Shown here: positions 56,421-64,000 of the stretch, piece by piece
How the letters are laid out: each line of letters starts with the position of its first letter
Position numbering within the stretch: position 1 is the stretch's first letter
NCBI GenBank assembly: GCA_964409875.1
Contig: CAYPEN010000001.1
Span: 198,637 to 262,636 of the forward strand
Length of the DNA: 64,000 nucleotides
Direction: 5' to 3'
DNA from: an uncultured Gammaproteobacteria bacterium
Lineage (GTDB): Bacteria; Patescibacteriota; Microgenomatia; Levybacterales; GWA1-39-11
Position numbers and translations under genes: made by a program
The notes under the pieces: model-generated
Told to the model about the DNA's origin: nothing
The model's input: the letters and a program-made list of their open reading frames with translations, nothing else
Databases searched by the model: none

Positions 56421-57618
56421 CGGGCAGGTTGTTTAAAGGAATAGTTTTTTTGACGATTTCCCCTGCCTGGTTCTTCGTCCGGAGTTCTACTTGAGTTTCA
56501 TTTATAGGCACAACAACATAAGGAATCCCTTTCTTTTCTGCATATTTAAATTGTTTTTCAAAAGATAGGCTCGCATCAAGGCAGCATTCGGCATTTATTT
56601 TTTTATAGCGCAACGCATCGCAAATTGTGAGAGTGAGCTGTTCTGATCCGGGGGAAAAAAGAACAAGCACCGACTTGTTTTCCATTTTGTCAAACAACCC
56701 GTTTTCCTCCATTGCTTCATAGAGCCTGTCAAACCCGAAAGCAAACCCTACAGCAGGAATATCATTATTTCCGAACATCCCGATTAAATTGTCGTACCGT
56801 CCCCCTCCGCCAACCGACCCGGCTGTGTACCCATCTATTTCAAGTTCTATGATGGTTGCAGTGTAGTAATCCAGCCCCCGTGCCAGAGTCGGAAGAAATT
56901 CAATCTGGTCTTCCATAACCCCCATTTCAATTGCCTTTTTCATAACGAGTTGTATCCATGGGGTAGGGTCTGAGTGTTTTATGGCAAGAATTGCCTCTTG
57001 GGCTTTTTCCGACGAGTCATATTCGCCTCGCGTTACAAGTTCTTCAATAACCATTTCTTCCCCGATTTTTTTGAGTTTGTCGATTGCACCAACCGTTATT
57101 TTTGAAACATCCTCAAAAACCTTGCGGTCGTTAATATAAAATCTGAATTTCTCAAACCCCAAAGCGCGAAGACATGAGGAAGCGCAGGCGATTATTTCTG
57201 CATCAGCCTCAGGTGTGGCACTTGCAACGGTATCTATATCGCACTGTAAAAATTCACGAAACCTTCCTCTTTGAGTGTTTTCGGCGCGCCAAACATTTTG
57301 CAATTGGTAGCGCTTAAAAGGCATGGGTAGGACGTCTTTATATTGTGCTACGACCCTGGCAAGCGGAACGGTTTGGTCGTATCGCAAAGTAACCCGTCTT
57401 TGGCCATTGTCTTCAAAGCGGTACATGAGTTTGTCCCCTTCCTCGCCGTATTTACCCATCAAAATGTCCTCATATTCCAAAGCAGGAGTTTCAAGCGGCT
57501 CAAAGCCATACGACTCGAATACCTTTCTCAGGGTTTCAATAACATACTGGCGCTTCCGTGCTTCTTTTGGTAAAAAATCACGGAAACCTTTCAAAGTTCT
57601 TGGTTCAATTTTGTTCAT
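56407..57618 (-). CDS. hisS: histidyl-tRNA synthetase
   Basis: LKGFRDFLP N-terminal motif, class II motifs, and the …GGGGRYD… motif 3 region. Confidence 0.9.
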   Translation of the reverse strand: MNKIEPRTLKGFRDFLPKEARKRQYVIETLRKVFESYGFEPLETPALEYEDILMGKYGEEGDKLMYRFEDNGQRRVTLRYDQTVPLARVVAQYKDVLPMPFKRYQLQNVWRAENTQRGRFREFLQCDIDTVASATPEADAEIIACASSCLRALGFEKFRFYINDRKVFEDVSKITVGAIDKLKKIGEEMVIEELVTRGEYDSSEKAQEAILAIKHSDPTPWIQLVMKKAIEMGVMEDQIEFLPTLARGLDYYTATIIELEIDGYTAGSVGGGGRYDNLIGMFGNNDIPAVGFAFGFDRLYEAMEENGLFDKMENKSVLVLFSPGSEQLTLTICDALRYKKINAECCLDASLSFEKQFKYAEKKGIPYVVVPINETQVELRTKNQAGEIVKKTIPLNNLPDAIV

Positions 57619-57690
57619 AACGTTTCCTTTCTTGGTTCAACCATAGTGATATTGTACCTTTAAGACATCTCACAAACAAGATTAACAGGT

Positions 57691-58773
57691 TTGATTAGGA
57701 GGAGTATAATTGTGCCTATGCGAATAGAGAACGGGTCAATACTTATGGGAGACGTCCCAAAACCTTTAAATGACTCTTTAAAAGTAGGGGAGAAAATCAT
57801 GGGATCTTTAGTGGGCCCTGAGATGCAGGATGTGACAGTTCATGTAGTTTCCGGCAAACAATTAATTGATCTTGAAACCGATTCGTTTGTTGCTGATAAC
57901 CTTCTTGGGAAAATGGCTAAGGAGCAGGGGATAGATCCTTCTCTTTTTGTAACGACATCGCATTTCGGAACTCTTATTGAGAATGGAGCCGGCAGGGATA
58001 TATATTTATCATCAGATTTTTTGAAGCCAATTTATCATCTTAACAAAAAAGATATACATCAGCGTGGTTTTCTTTCCGACGGCTGTGTTTATGCATTTTT
58101 TATATACCAGGATCTTTTACTACACTCGTTACCTTCAGAAAAGCCTTTCAAGGCTACGGATGCTCTAGTCGATGAGCTTATTCCGGCAATCCCAAGATAT
58201 TTAAGAACCGATGAGTTTCAATCCAATCCCAAAATTGGAGAGTTTGCTCAGGAATTTGAAGAATATCTAAGATCGGGAAGAAATGATATATCTACAAGTT
58301 TTAAAGGCTTGGAATTAAACGTTTTTCTTAGGGATGAGAAAGTATTCAGTGTTTTTACAGGAGAGGATCAGGCAGTACGCACTATCATCGGACGTCCGCT
58401 GGTAGACAATTTTATCCGTCATATGCGTGATAGGAATATCTGGTTTGGAACAACAGATAATCTTAATTTTGGTGTTGATGAGAGAGATGAGCGTATGGTA
58501 TTTGCAAAAGAGGCAATCCGTCTTGACGATGATATCAAATCAGTGGGTGATGTTTTCCGGAAATATAAGGCCAGTGAGATAGGTCTTATAACAGGTGAAG
58601 AGCTCGTTAAGCAATTGACGATTGCAAATGTTGCACAAGATGAGATTACTGAACCGGAGCAACAGGGAGAACAGGTAGATTTATTTGAGTTTGAAGAAAT
58701 GGAGGAAAATATAGATTATAGAATATCCGGAAGAAGGGTTAGAAAGGGTAGCAAAGTTAAATGGAATGACTGA
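57691..58773 (+). CDS. hypothetical protein (360 aa)
   Basis: ORF only. Confidence 0.45.
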   Translation: MIRRSIIVPMRIENGSILMGDVPKPLNDSLKVGEKIMGSLVGPEMQDVTVHVVSGKQLIDLETDSFVADNLLGKMAKEQGIDPSLFVTTSHFGTLIENGAGRDIYLSSDFLKPIYHLNKKDIHQRGFLSDGCVYAFFIYQDLLLHSLPSEKPFKATDALVDELIPAIPRYLRTDEFQSNPKIGEFAQEFEEYLRSGRNDISTSFKGLELNVFLRDEKVFSVFTGEDQAVRTIIGRPLVDNFIRHMRDRNIWFGTTDNLNFGVDERDERMVFAKEAIRLDDDIKSVGDVFRKYKASEIGLITGEELVKQLTIANVAQDEITEPEQQGEQVDLFEFEEMEENIDYRISGRRVRKGSKVKWND

Positions 58774-58790
58774 GTTAAGAAGCATAAGAT

Positions 58791-58852
58791 TTACCCTTTG
58801 AAATTTCTGCCTTGTTCGGCTCGGCCTAAAGCCTGGCGCGAGGTTTCATCAA
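58791..58852. repeat. 62-bp direct repeat, copy 1
   Basis: This is a copy of the 3' end of the 59616-59999 gene. ttaccctttgaaatttctgccttgttcggctcggcctaaagcctggcgcgaggtttcatc matches 59616-59677 with 3 mismatches. Confidence 0.8.
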
Positions 58853-58993
58853 TAGAAGTTTTATTTTTATCTTGGGTTTGAAGCTCATCTCTATTTTCAT
58901 AGGTATATTGTAACTTATAAGTACATTTTAGTCGAGAAAACTTAATTTAATGAAGTTGCAAATTGTTTTTTTAGGTCTATAATTCAGTTAATT

Positions 58994-59605
58994 ATGGCAG
59001 CAACTTCTGAGTTACAGCAACAATTTGATGAGATTACTGCTCAACGTCATTCATTTGCACGAAGATTTCATGAAATTGTCGGTACAAAAAAGGCTTTTGA
59101 AAGGATAATCCCTCAAGAAGTTTCAGCGAAGATATCGTTTGTTGAGGGCGTTTTCTCATATCTTGTGGTTCACGGATTGAATGGAGGAGACAATAGTACG
59201 GGTTTTGATGAGGCGCGGGATTATGTTTGGGTATCAGGTTTTACAACAGAATTACCCGATACTTCTTATAGAAATCCTAGACCGCGTGTTTTATTTGCAG
59301 GCTTAACAGAGTATGTTTGGCGTGATTACTTTGGTGGGCAACATGATTTTAGACCAGGCATGAGGCTCGGAGCAATACAGGTTGATAAAGACAGGGGTTA
59401 TAAAACAGATGATCTTGCAATGGCAGCAAAAGTAATTGATGACAAACATAGTTCTAATGTGGGGAGTTTTCCACTTGAGGAATATTCATTGGATCAGCTC
59501 AAAGATGAGAGCTTTATTAATTCGTCAAAAGCAAAACTTGAAAGCCAATTAGGTTTCTTAGCCGAAGAGTTAAAAGTGAATACTCCTTCTAATTCACTTG
59601 TTTAG
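58994..59605 (+). CDS. hypothetical protein (203 aa)
   Basis: ORF only. Flanked by the 62-bp direct repeats. Confidence 0.45.
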   Translation: MAATSELQQQFDEITAQRHSFARRFHEIVGTKKAFERIIPQEVSAKISFVEGVFSYLVVHGLNGGDNSTGFDEARDYVWVSGFTTELPDTSYRNPRPRVLFAGLTEYVWRDYFGGQHDFRPGMRLGAIQVDKDRGYKTDDLAMAAKVIDDKHSSNVGSFPLEEYSLDQLKDESFINSSKAKLESQLGFLAEELKVNTPSNSLV

Positions 59606-59615
59606 TGTATAGGTT

Positions 59616-59999
59616 TTACCCTTTGAAATTTCTGCCTTGTTCGGCGCGGCCTAAAGCCTGGCGCGAGGCTTCATCTATTTTAGGGCGCGAATTGGTGGTA
59701 CTTGGTCCGTTTTCTTCGTCTAAGACAGTTTTTTGAACAATATCCGGTCCCTTTTTTTGTGCATTTTGAGAGGCTATTTGCGCCATTTCAGCTTCAATTG
59801 CCTTTATCCGTTGAAAAGTAGCAGCTTGCTGGGCCTTTTTCTTCATCTCATTTTCTTCAGAAGTATAGCCTGCTACCTGCTGTGTTACGGTTTTGAGTGA
59901 GCTTGAGGCACTCCCTGCAACCTGATTGACCGTTTCCTTTACGAAGTCTTTACCTGCATCTGCAACAGAGCCTAAAATTGAAGAATCACCATCACTCAT
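59616..59999 (-). CDS. hypothetical protein (127 aa)
   Basis: ORF. Its last 20 codons are duplicated at 58791-58852. Confidence 0.45.
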   Translation of the reverse strand: MSDGDSSILGSVADAGKDFVKETVNQVAGSASSSLKTVTQQVAGYTSEENEMKKKAQQAATFQRIKAIEAEMAQIASQNAQKKGPDIVQKTVLDEENGPSTTNSRPKIDEASRQALGRAEQGRNFKG

Positions 60000-60001
60000 A
60001 C

Positions 60002-60097
60002 CAATAGTTAATATCTAATAGTTGATAGTTAATAGTATAAGGAGAAATCGACAAAAAAACAAAATTTTCATCAGCTATTGACTATTAGGTATCATTG
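60002..60097. repeat. inverted-repeat element, TTAATAGTTAATAG family (member 3)
   Basis: Left arm caatagttaatatctaatagttgatagttaatagta. Right arm cagctattgactattaggtatcattg. Confidence 0.6.
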
Positions 60098-61273
60098 CGA
60101 GGGGGCTTCCTTGAGTTTTACATCAATGTCTTTCGTATCGCCATCACGGTAGAGCGTAACAGTAATAGTATCTCCAACCTTTTTCTTAGAAATAAGTAAT
60201 GCAAGTGCTGCATCCGTATCATTTACTTGTTTTCCGTCAATTTTCGTAATGATGTCTCCAATTTTGATTCCGGCATTATCAGCTGAAGAATCGGGAACAA
60301 CATTTTGGACCAACGCACCTTGCGGCATTTCATTGAGAAGTGCTGCGCGCTGGGAGATGATATTGTAGGTAACTCCTAAGAAAGGGCGGGAGAATTTACC
60401 GGTTTGATTGAAGTTATCAAGCGATTCTTTAACGAGATTTATGGGGATTGCAAAGCCGATATTTTGTCCTTGCTCCGATACGGCGGTATTAATTCCTATA
60501 ACTTGACCTACCGAATTGAGAAGCGGGCCACCCGAATTCCCCGGGTTGATAGCCGCGTCGGTTTGGATAACATTGTCCAACCGTTCAGCAAATCCTGCAT
60601 AGGAACTTCCAGCAGTTATACCTCTTCCGAGGCCTGATACGACACCTGTTGTAACCGTATTCCTGAATTCACCCAGCGCCGTGCCAATTGCTATAACGCT
60701 TTGGCCTACCTCAAGATTGCTGGAGGAACCCAGTGTAATTTCTGGCAAACCGTTGATAGGCGGGTTTTTAACAGAAATGATGGCAATATCATTTGCGGGG
60801 TCGCGGTACACTTTGTCCACATCGTATTTATTCCCTTTTTCATCGATAACGATATAGTCGGCTTGACTTGATACCACGTGCTTATTTGTGACAATTATAC
60901 CTTCCTTTTTGACTACAAATCCGGTTCCAATATAGTCTTCCTGGGATTGTCCGTCAGATGGGGTAGGTTGTGGAATGTTAAAGAAGAAGGAAAATGGACC
61001 ATTATCCCGTTGTGATAGACTGTTTTTAACTCCAATAGTAACGACACTGGGACTCACTTTTTTAACCACATCAATGACATTTGATTGTTCTTTGATGATG
61101 ACTGTTTTGTCCGCCTGCTGGTTTTTTGAAAGAAGTTTTGAAAGCTGTGGTGAGTGGGATATTGCATCCCACGAAAAAGCTACGATGAGAAGAATTATGA
61201 GGAGTACAAATAGTTTTCTCATAAGAGTACTATATTCTATAAAGTTTAAAATTTCCTGAAAAGGAAATTTCAA
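60092..61273 (-). CDS. htrA: HtrA/DegP-family serine protease with PDZ domain
   Basis: N-terminal TM anchor, catalytic His in VTNKHVV, Ser motif GNSGGPLLN, and a C-terminal PDZ-like region. Confidence 0.85.
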   Translation of the reverse strand: MKFPFQEILNFIEYSTLMRKLFVLLIILLIVAFSWDAISHSPQLSKLLSKNQQADKTVIIKEQSNVIDVVKKVSPSVVTIGVKNSLSQRDNGPFSFFFNIPQPTPSDGQSQEDYIGTGFVVKKEGIIVTNKHVVSSQADYIVIDEKGNKYDVDKVYRDPANDIAIISVKNPPINGLPEITLGSSSNLEVGQSVIAIGTALGEFRNTVTTGVVSGLGRGITAGSSYAGFAERLDNVIQTDAAINPGNSGGPLLNSVGQVIGINTAVSEQGQNIGFAIPINLVKESLDNFNQTGKFSRPFLGVTYNIISQRAALLNEMPQGALVQNVVPDSSADNAGIKIGDIITKIDGKQVNDTDAALALLISKKKVGDTITVTLYRDGDTKDIDVKLKEAPSQ

Positions 61274-61445
61274 GGTTTCCTTCTAATTTCCTGAAAAGGA
61301 AATTTCAAACTCATTAAAACAAGTCCTAGTGTAGTACTGCAAACGCTAGGAGTCAACTTTGATGACTTCCTACTTGTAATTTTGGGTAGGTTTTAGTATC
61401 ATAGTGGGAATCTTTGAACTCAGTTTTCGTGTGGTTACAAAGAAA

Positions 61446-61727
61446 GATATTATGGCTCGCAAATACAGACTCGTTTTGGTCCTGAAAAGTGACCTCAAAA
61501 AGGAAGCAAAAGACAAACTTTTGGCCAGCGTGAAATCGTGGGGCGGAAAGATAAGTGCAGACAAAGTGACTGAGCTTGGTGAGAAGAAATTTGCATATCC
61601 TATTAAGGGGGCACAAAAAGGAGATTACGTTCTTATGGAGTTGGAGAGCGATGCGGTATCGGGAGAACTAGAGAACAAGGTCAGAATTAACGACGACATT
61701 CTAAGACACTTACTAGTGAGGGACTAA
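61446..61727 (+). CDS. rpsF: 30S ribosomal protein S6
   Basis: MARKYRLVLVLKSDLKKEA…GEKKFAYPIKG… matches the S6 pattern. Conserved rpsF-ssb-rpsR order. Confidence 0.85.
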   Translation, partial: DIMARKYRLVLVLKSDLKKEAKDKLLASVKSWGGKISADKVTELGEKKFAYPIKGAQKGDYVLMELESDAVSGELENKVRINDDILRHLLVRD

Positions 61728-61814
61728 TTTTAAATTTGAAATTTTAAATTTTTAATCAAATTCAAATTTTTAAAAATTCATTTAAAATTAAAAATTAAGA
61801 ATTAAAAATTATAC
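61728..61814. repeat. AT-rich AATTT/TTTAAA low-complexity tract (family member 2)
   Basis: ttttaaatttgaaattttaaatttttaatcaaattcaaatttttaaaaattcatttaaaattaaaaattaagaattaaaaatt lies upstream of ssb. Confidence 0.7.
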
Positions 61815-62303
61815 ATGGCTAGGTCATTGAACAGAGTACAACTAATCGGTAACTTAACACGGGATCCTGAGCTGCGGTATACCCCACAGGGGACTGCAGT
61901 GTGTACTTTTGGGTTAGCAACTAACAGAAGTTGGACGACTGATAATGGGGATAAAAAGGAAGAGGCGGAATATCACAAAATTGTCGCCTGGAACAAGCTC
62001 GGAGAACTCTGTTCGCAGCTTTTGACAAAAGGAAGAAAAGTATATGTAGAAGGAAGACTTTCAACAAGAAGTTGGACGGGACAAGATGGAGCTCAGAAAT
62101 CAACGACCGAGATAGTTATTGATGACATGATTATTCTTGATTCCCGAAAAGAGGGAGCCGGTGTAGCACCTGAAGCAGACATGTCATACGAAGAAGAAGA
62201 GCAGGCACCGGTTGCAAAACCAAAAGCGGCAAAGAGCAAAAAAGAAGAGAAGAGTGAAGAGGCTGGGTTTGATGATGTCAATCCCGACGACATTCCTTTT
62301 TAG
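61815..62303 (+). CDS. ssb: single-stranded DNA-binding protein
   Basis: OB-fold N-terminus (…VQLIGNLTRDPELRYTPQGTAVCTFGLA…) and an acidic C-terminal tail ending DDIPF. Confidence 0.9.
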   Translation: MARSLNRVQLIGNLTRDPELRYTPQGTAVCTFGLATNRSWTTDNGDKKEEAEYHKIVAWNKLGELCSQLLTKGRKVYVEGRLSTRSWTGQDGAQKSTTEIVIDDMIILDSRKEGAGVAPEADMSYEEEEQAPVAKPKAAKSKKEEKSEEAGFDDVNPDDIPF

Positions 62304-62416
62304 GAAACACTAAATTCGAAGCACGAAACAGGTTTGAAATTTAGGAATTTGAATTTTAGAATTGTTTCGAATTTCGATATTAGAATTTAGAATTTCTTTT
62401 TCGAAGAAAAAGTATT
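62304..62416. repeat. AT-rich GAATTT/AAATTC low-complexity tract (family member 3)
   Basis: …gtttgaaatttaggaatttgaattttagaattgtttcgaatttcgatattagaatttagaatttc… lies upstream of rpsR. Confidence 0.7.
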
Positions 62417-62665
62417 ATGCCAAAGAAAAAACTAGTTAGACGAAAAAATATACGGGAAGTAGCTAAAGAATGCTATTTCTGTAAAGAAAAGAAGAATCCG
62501 GACTTTATGGATTATGAAACGCTTAAGAAATTTATCTCCGAAAGGGGAAAGATTCTAAGCAGGCAGAGAACCGGAATCTGCAGCAAACATCAAAGAAAGC
62601 TTACCACTGCGGTGAAAAGAGCACGGCTTCTTGCGTTGCTTCCGTTCATCGTGCGGGCTGAATAA
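62417..62665 (+). CDS. rpsR: 30S ribosomal protein S18
   Basis: …[52 protein letters not shown]… matches the S18 pattern. Confidence 0.9.
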   Translation: MPKKKLVRRKNIREVAKECYFCKEKKNPDFMDYETLKKFISERGKILSRQRTGICSKHQRKLTTAVKRARLLALLPFIVRAE

Positions 62666-62798
62666 GCTCGTAGTCAGAGTAATCATTTCTTTCCTCTTGT
62701 AGAATTCATCAAAAAAATAGTAAGATTAGTGCTACGTTTGGTTGCAGTGGTTCAGCAAAAATTCAGCATTTATGTAGTAATCTAAACGGGCAATTTGT

Positions 62799-64000
62799 AT
62801 GAAGACACAAATAAAACTTCGGGTTTTTCAGCTTTGTATCGTCATCCTGATCTCGGTCGGTGTCGGATACCTTTTGGGAAACTACCGTATCAATGCGCAG
62901 TGGAAGAACTTCAAGCCGATTCTTAGCATCTCAAACCAAAATCCTCCAGTTGCCCAAAATTTGGATATGCGTCTTTTTTATGACGTCGTTAACAAACTCA
63001 ATACAATGTATTACGACAAAAGCAAAATAGATGCAAAAAAAATGGAAACCGGTGCGATTACCGGCATGGTTGCAAGTCTGGGTGATCCATACACGGCTTA
63101 TTTCCCACCAAAACAAAATACCGATTTTAAGACTCAAATGGCCGGTGAATTTTCAGGTATAGGTGCGGAGTTGTCTCTGAACGACCAAAATCAAATAATT
63201 GTTATTGCTCCTCTTGACGGTTCTCCTGCAGAAAAAGCAGGGGTTAAAAGCGGAGACTTAATTGCCAGGGTCGATGGGAAGATGACAACAGGATGGACAA
63301 TTGCAGAGGCGGTTGATAAAATACGCGGTCATAAAGGAACAAAGGTTACTATCACCGTTATTCATCCAAAAGAAAAAGAGGCGCATGACTTAGCGATAGT
63401 AAGAGACACTATTCAGGTAAAAAGTGTGACAAGTTGGGTGAAGCAGTTTGATTGTTCGAAGGGCAATTCTTGCCAGGCTGTAAACAGTGGAAGCTGTGCC
63501 AACTGTGACTCGGTTGCATACATCAGGATTTCACAATTCGGAGACAAGACAAATAATGAATGGCTTGCGGCTGTTAACAAGATTTTGACCCAAATAAAGT
63601 CATCAAAAAATTTCAAAGGACTTATTTTAGACGTCCGTAACAACCCCGGAGGATACCTTAATGACGCAGTATATATTGCTTCTGAATTTGTAAAGAGCGG
63701 ACCAGTTGTCAAACAGGAAGATGGAAATGGCCTTATTGAGTCAATGGATGTAAATAGAACGGGAGTGCTACTTGATGTGCCATTAGCAGTTCTTATCAAC
63801 AAAGGTTCGGCTTCTGCTTCTGAAATAGTGTCGGGTGCATTGCAGGATTATGGACGGGCAAAGCTTGTAGGCGAGCAGTCATTTGGAAAAGGGACCATCC
63901 AGCAGGCGGTTGACGTTGATGGAGGCGGAAGCGTGCATATTTCTGTCGGCAAATGGCTGACTCCGAAAGAGCGGTGGGTACATGGCAAAGGACTTACTCC
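62799..64000 (+). CDS. ctpA: carboxyl-terminal processing protease (S41, CtpA-like), partial (runs off window end)
   Basis: Hand-translated open frame from ATG 62799. It has an N-terminal TM anchor and a PDZ region. The S41 signatures are …RNNPGGYLNDAV… and …GSASASEIVSGALQDYGRAKLVGEQSFGKGTIQQ…. There is no stop before position 64000. Confidence 0.8.
   Translation, partial: MKTQIKLRVFQLCIVILISVGVGYLLGNYRINAQWKNFKPILSISNQNPPVAQNLDMRLFYDVVNKLNTMYYDKSKIDAKKMETGAITGMVASLGDPYTAYFPPKQNTDFKTQMAGEFSGIGAELSLNDQNQIIVIAPLDGSPAEKAGVKSGDLIARVDGKMTTGWTIAEAVDKIRGHKGTKVTITVIHPKEKEAHDLAIVRDTIQVKSVTSWVKQFDCSKGNSCQAVNSGSCANCDSVAYIRISQFGDKTNNEWLAAVNKILTQIKSSKNFKGLILDVRNNPGGYLNDAVYIASEFVKSGPVVKQEDGNGLIESMDVNRTGVLLDVPLAVLINKGSASASEIVSGALQDYGRAKLVGEQSFGKGTIQQAVDVDGGGSVHISVGKWLTPKERWVHGKGLT

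Noticed and set aside
1-64000. CRISPR arrays, integrases/transposases, tRNA or rRNA genes
   Set aside because: No regularly spaced short repeats were seen. No recombinase or transposase motifs, no T-loop/acceptor structures, and no 16S/23S signature strings were found.

Overview
The window is AT-rich (~38-40% GC) bacterial DNA that uses the standard code, with TGA, TAA and TAG all seen as stops. Genes are small and tightly packed, with many secreted or membrane hypotheticals. The content resembles a reduced-genome (CPR/Patescibacteria-like) bacterium; that placement is inference only. No integrase, transposase, tRNA, rRNA or CRISPR array was recognised.

The first ~17.5 kb is a dense defense/accessory island. 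It contains a DUF3800 gene, a beta-class DPPY methyltransferase paired with a MutH/Sau3AI-family endonuclease, and a complete type I R-M system (hsdM-hsdS-[fic]-hsdR) with a Fic gene inserted before hsdR behind a promoter overlapped by three TGTATACA palindromes. Directly after hsdR sit an uncharacterised PD-(D/E)XK-like protein and a Cas4-like Fe-S nuclease. Two single-gene GC-rich islands lie in the same stretch. A Doc/AbrB toxin-antitoxin cassette is flanked by ~78-bp direct repeats.

Downstream is mostly housekeeping: ychF, HIT, rpsU, ybeY, dnaX, idi, isopentenyl phosphate kinase, ybaB, prs, proS, prfA, rpmE, hisS, htrA, rpsF-ssb-rpsR, and a partial ctpA running off the window end. Interspersed are a LAGLIDADG-like protein with degenerate motifs, a pair of large uncharacterised proteins, a minus-strand operon of Cys/Thr-Pro-rich secreted proteins, and a secreted S8/S53 peptidase.

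The main candidates for follow-up are:
- the nuclease pair after hsdR;
- a ~780-nt GC-rich, ORF-poor, hairpin-dense element at 41716-42480 that may be a large structured RNA;
- a tandem trio of KGG-repeat (YciG-like) small proteins, each with its own Shine-Dalgarno, that the ORF track missed;
- several recurring intergenic repeat families.
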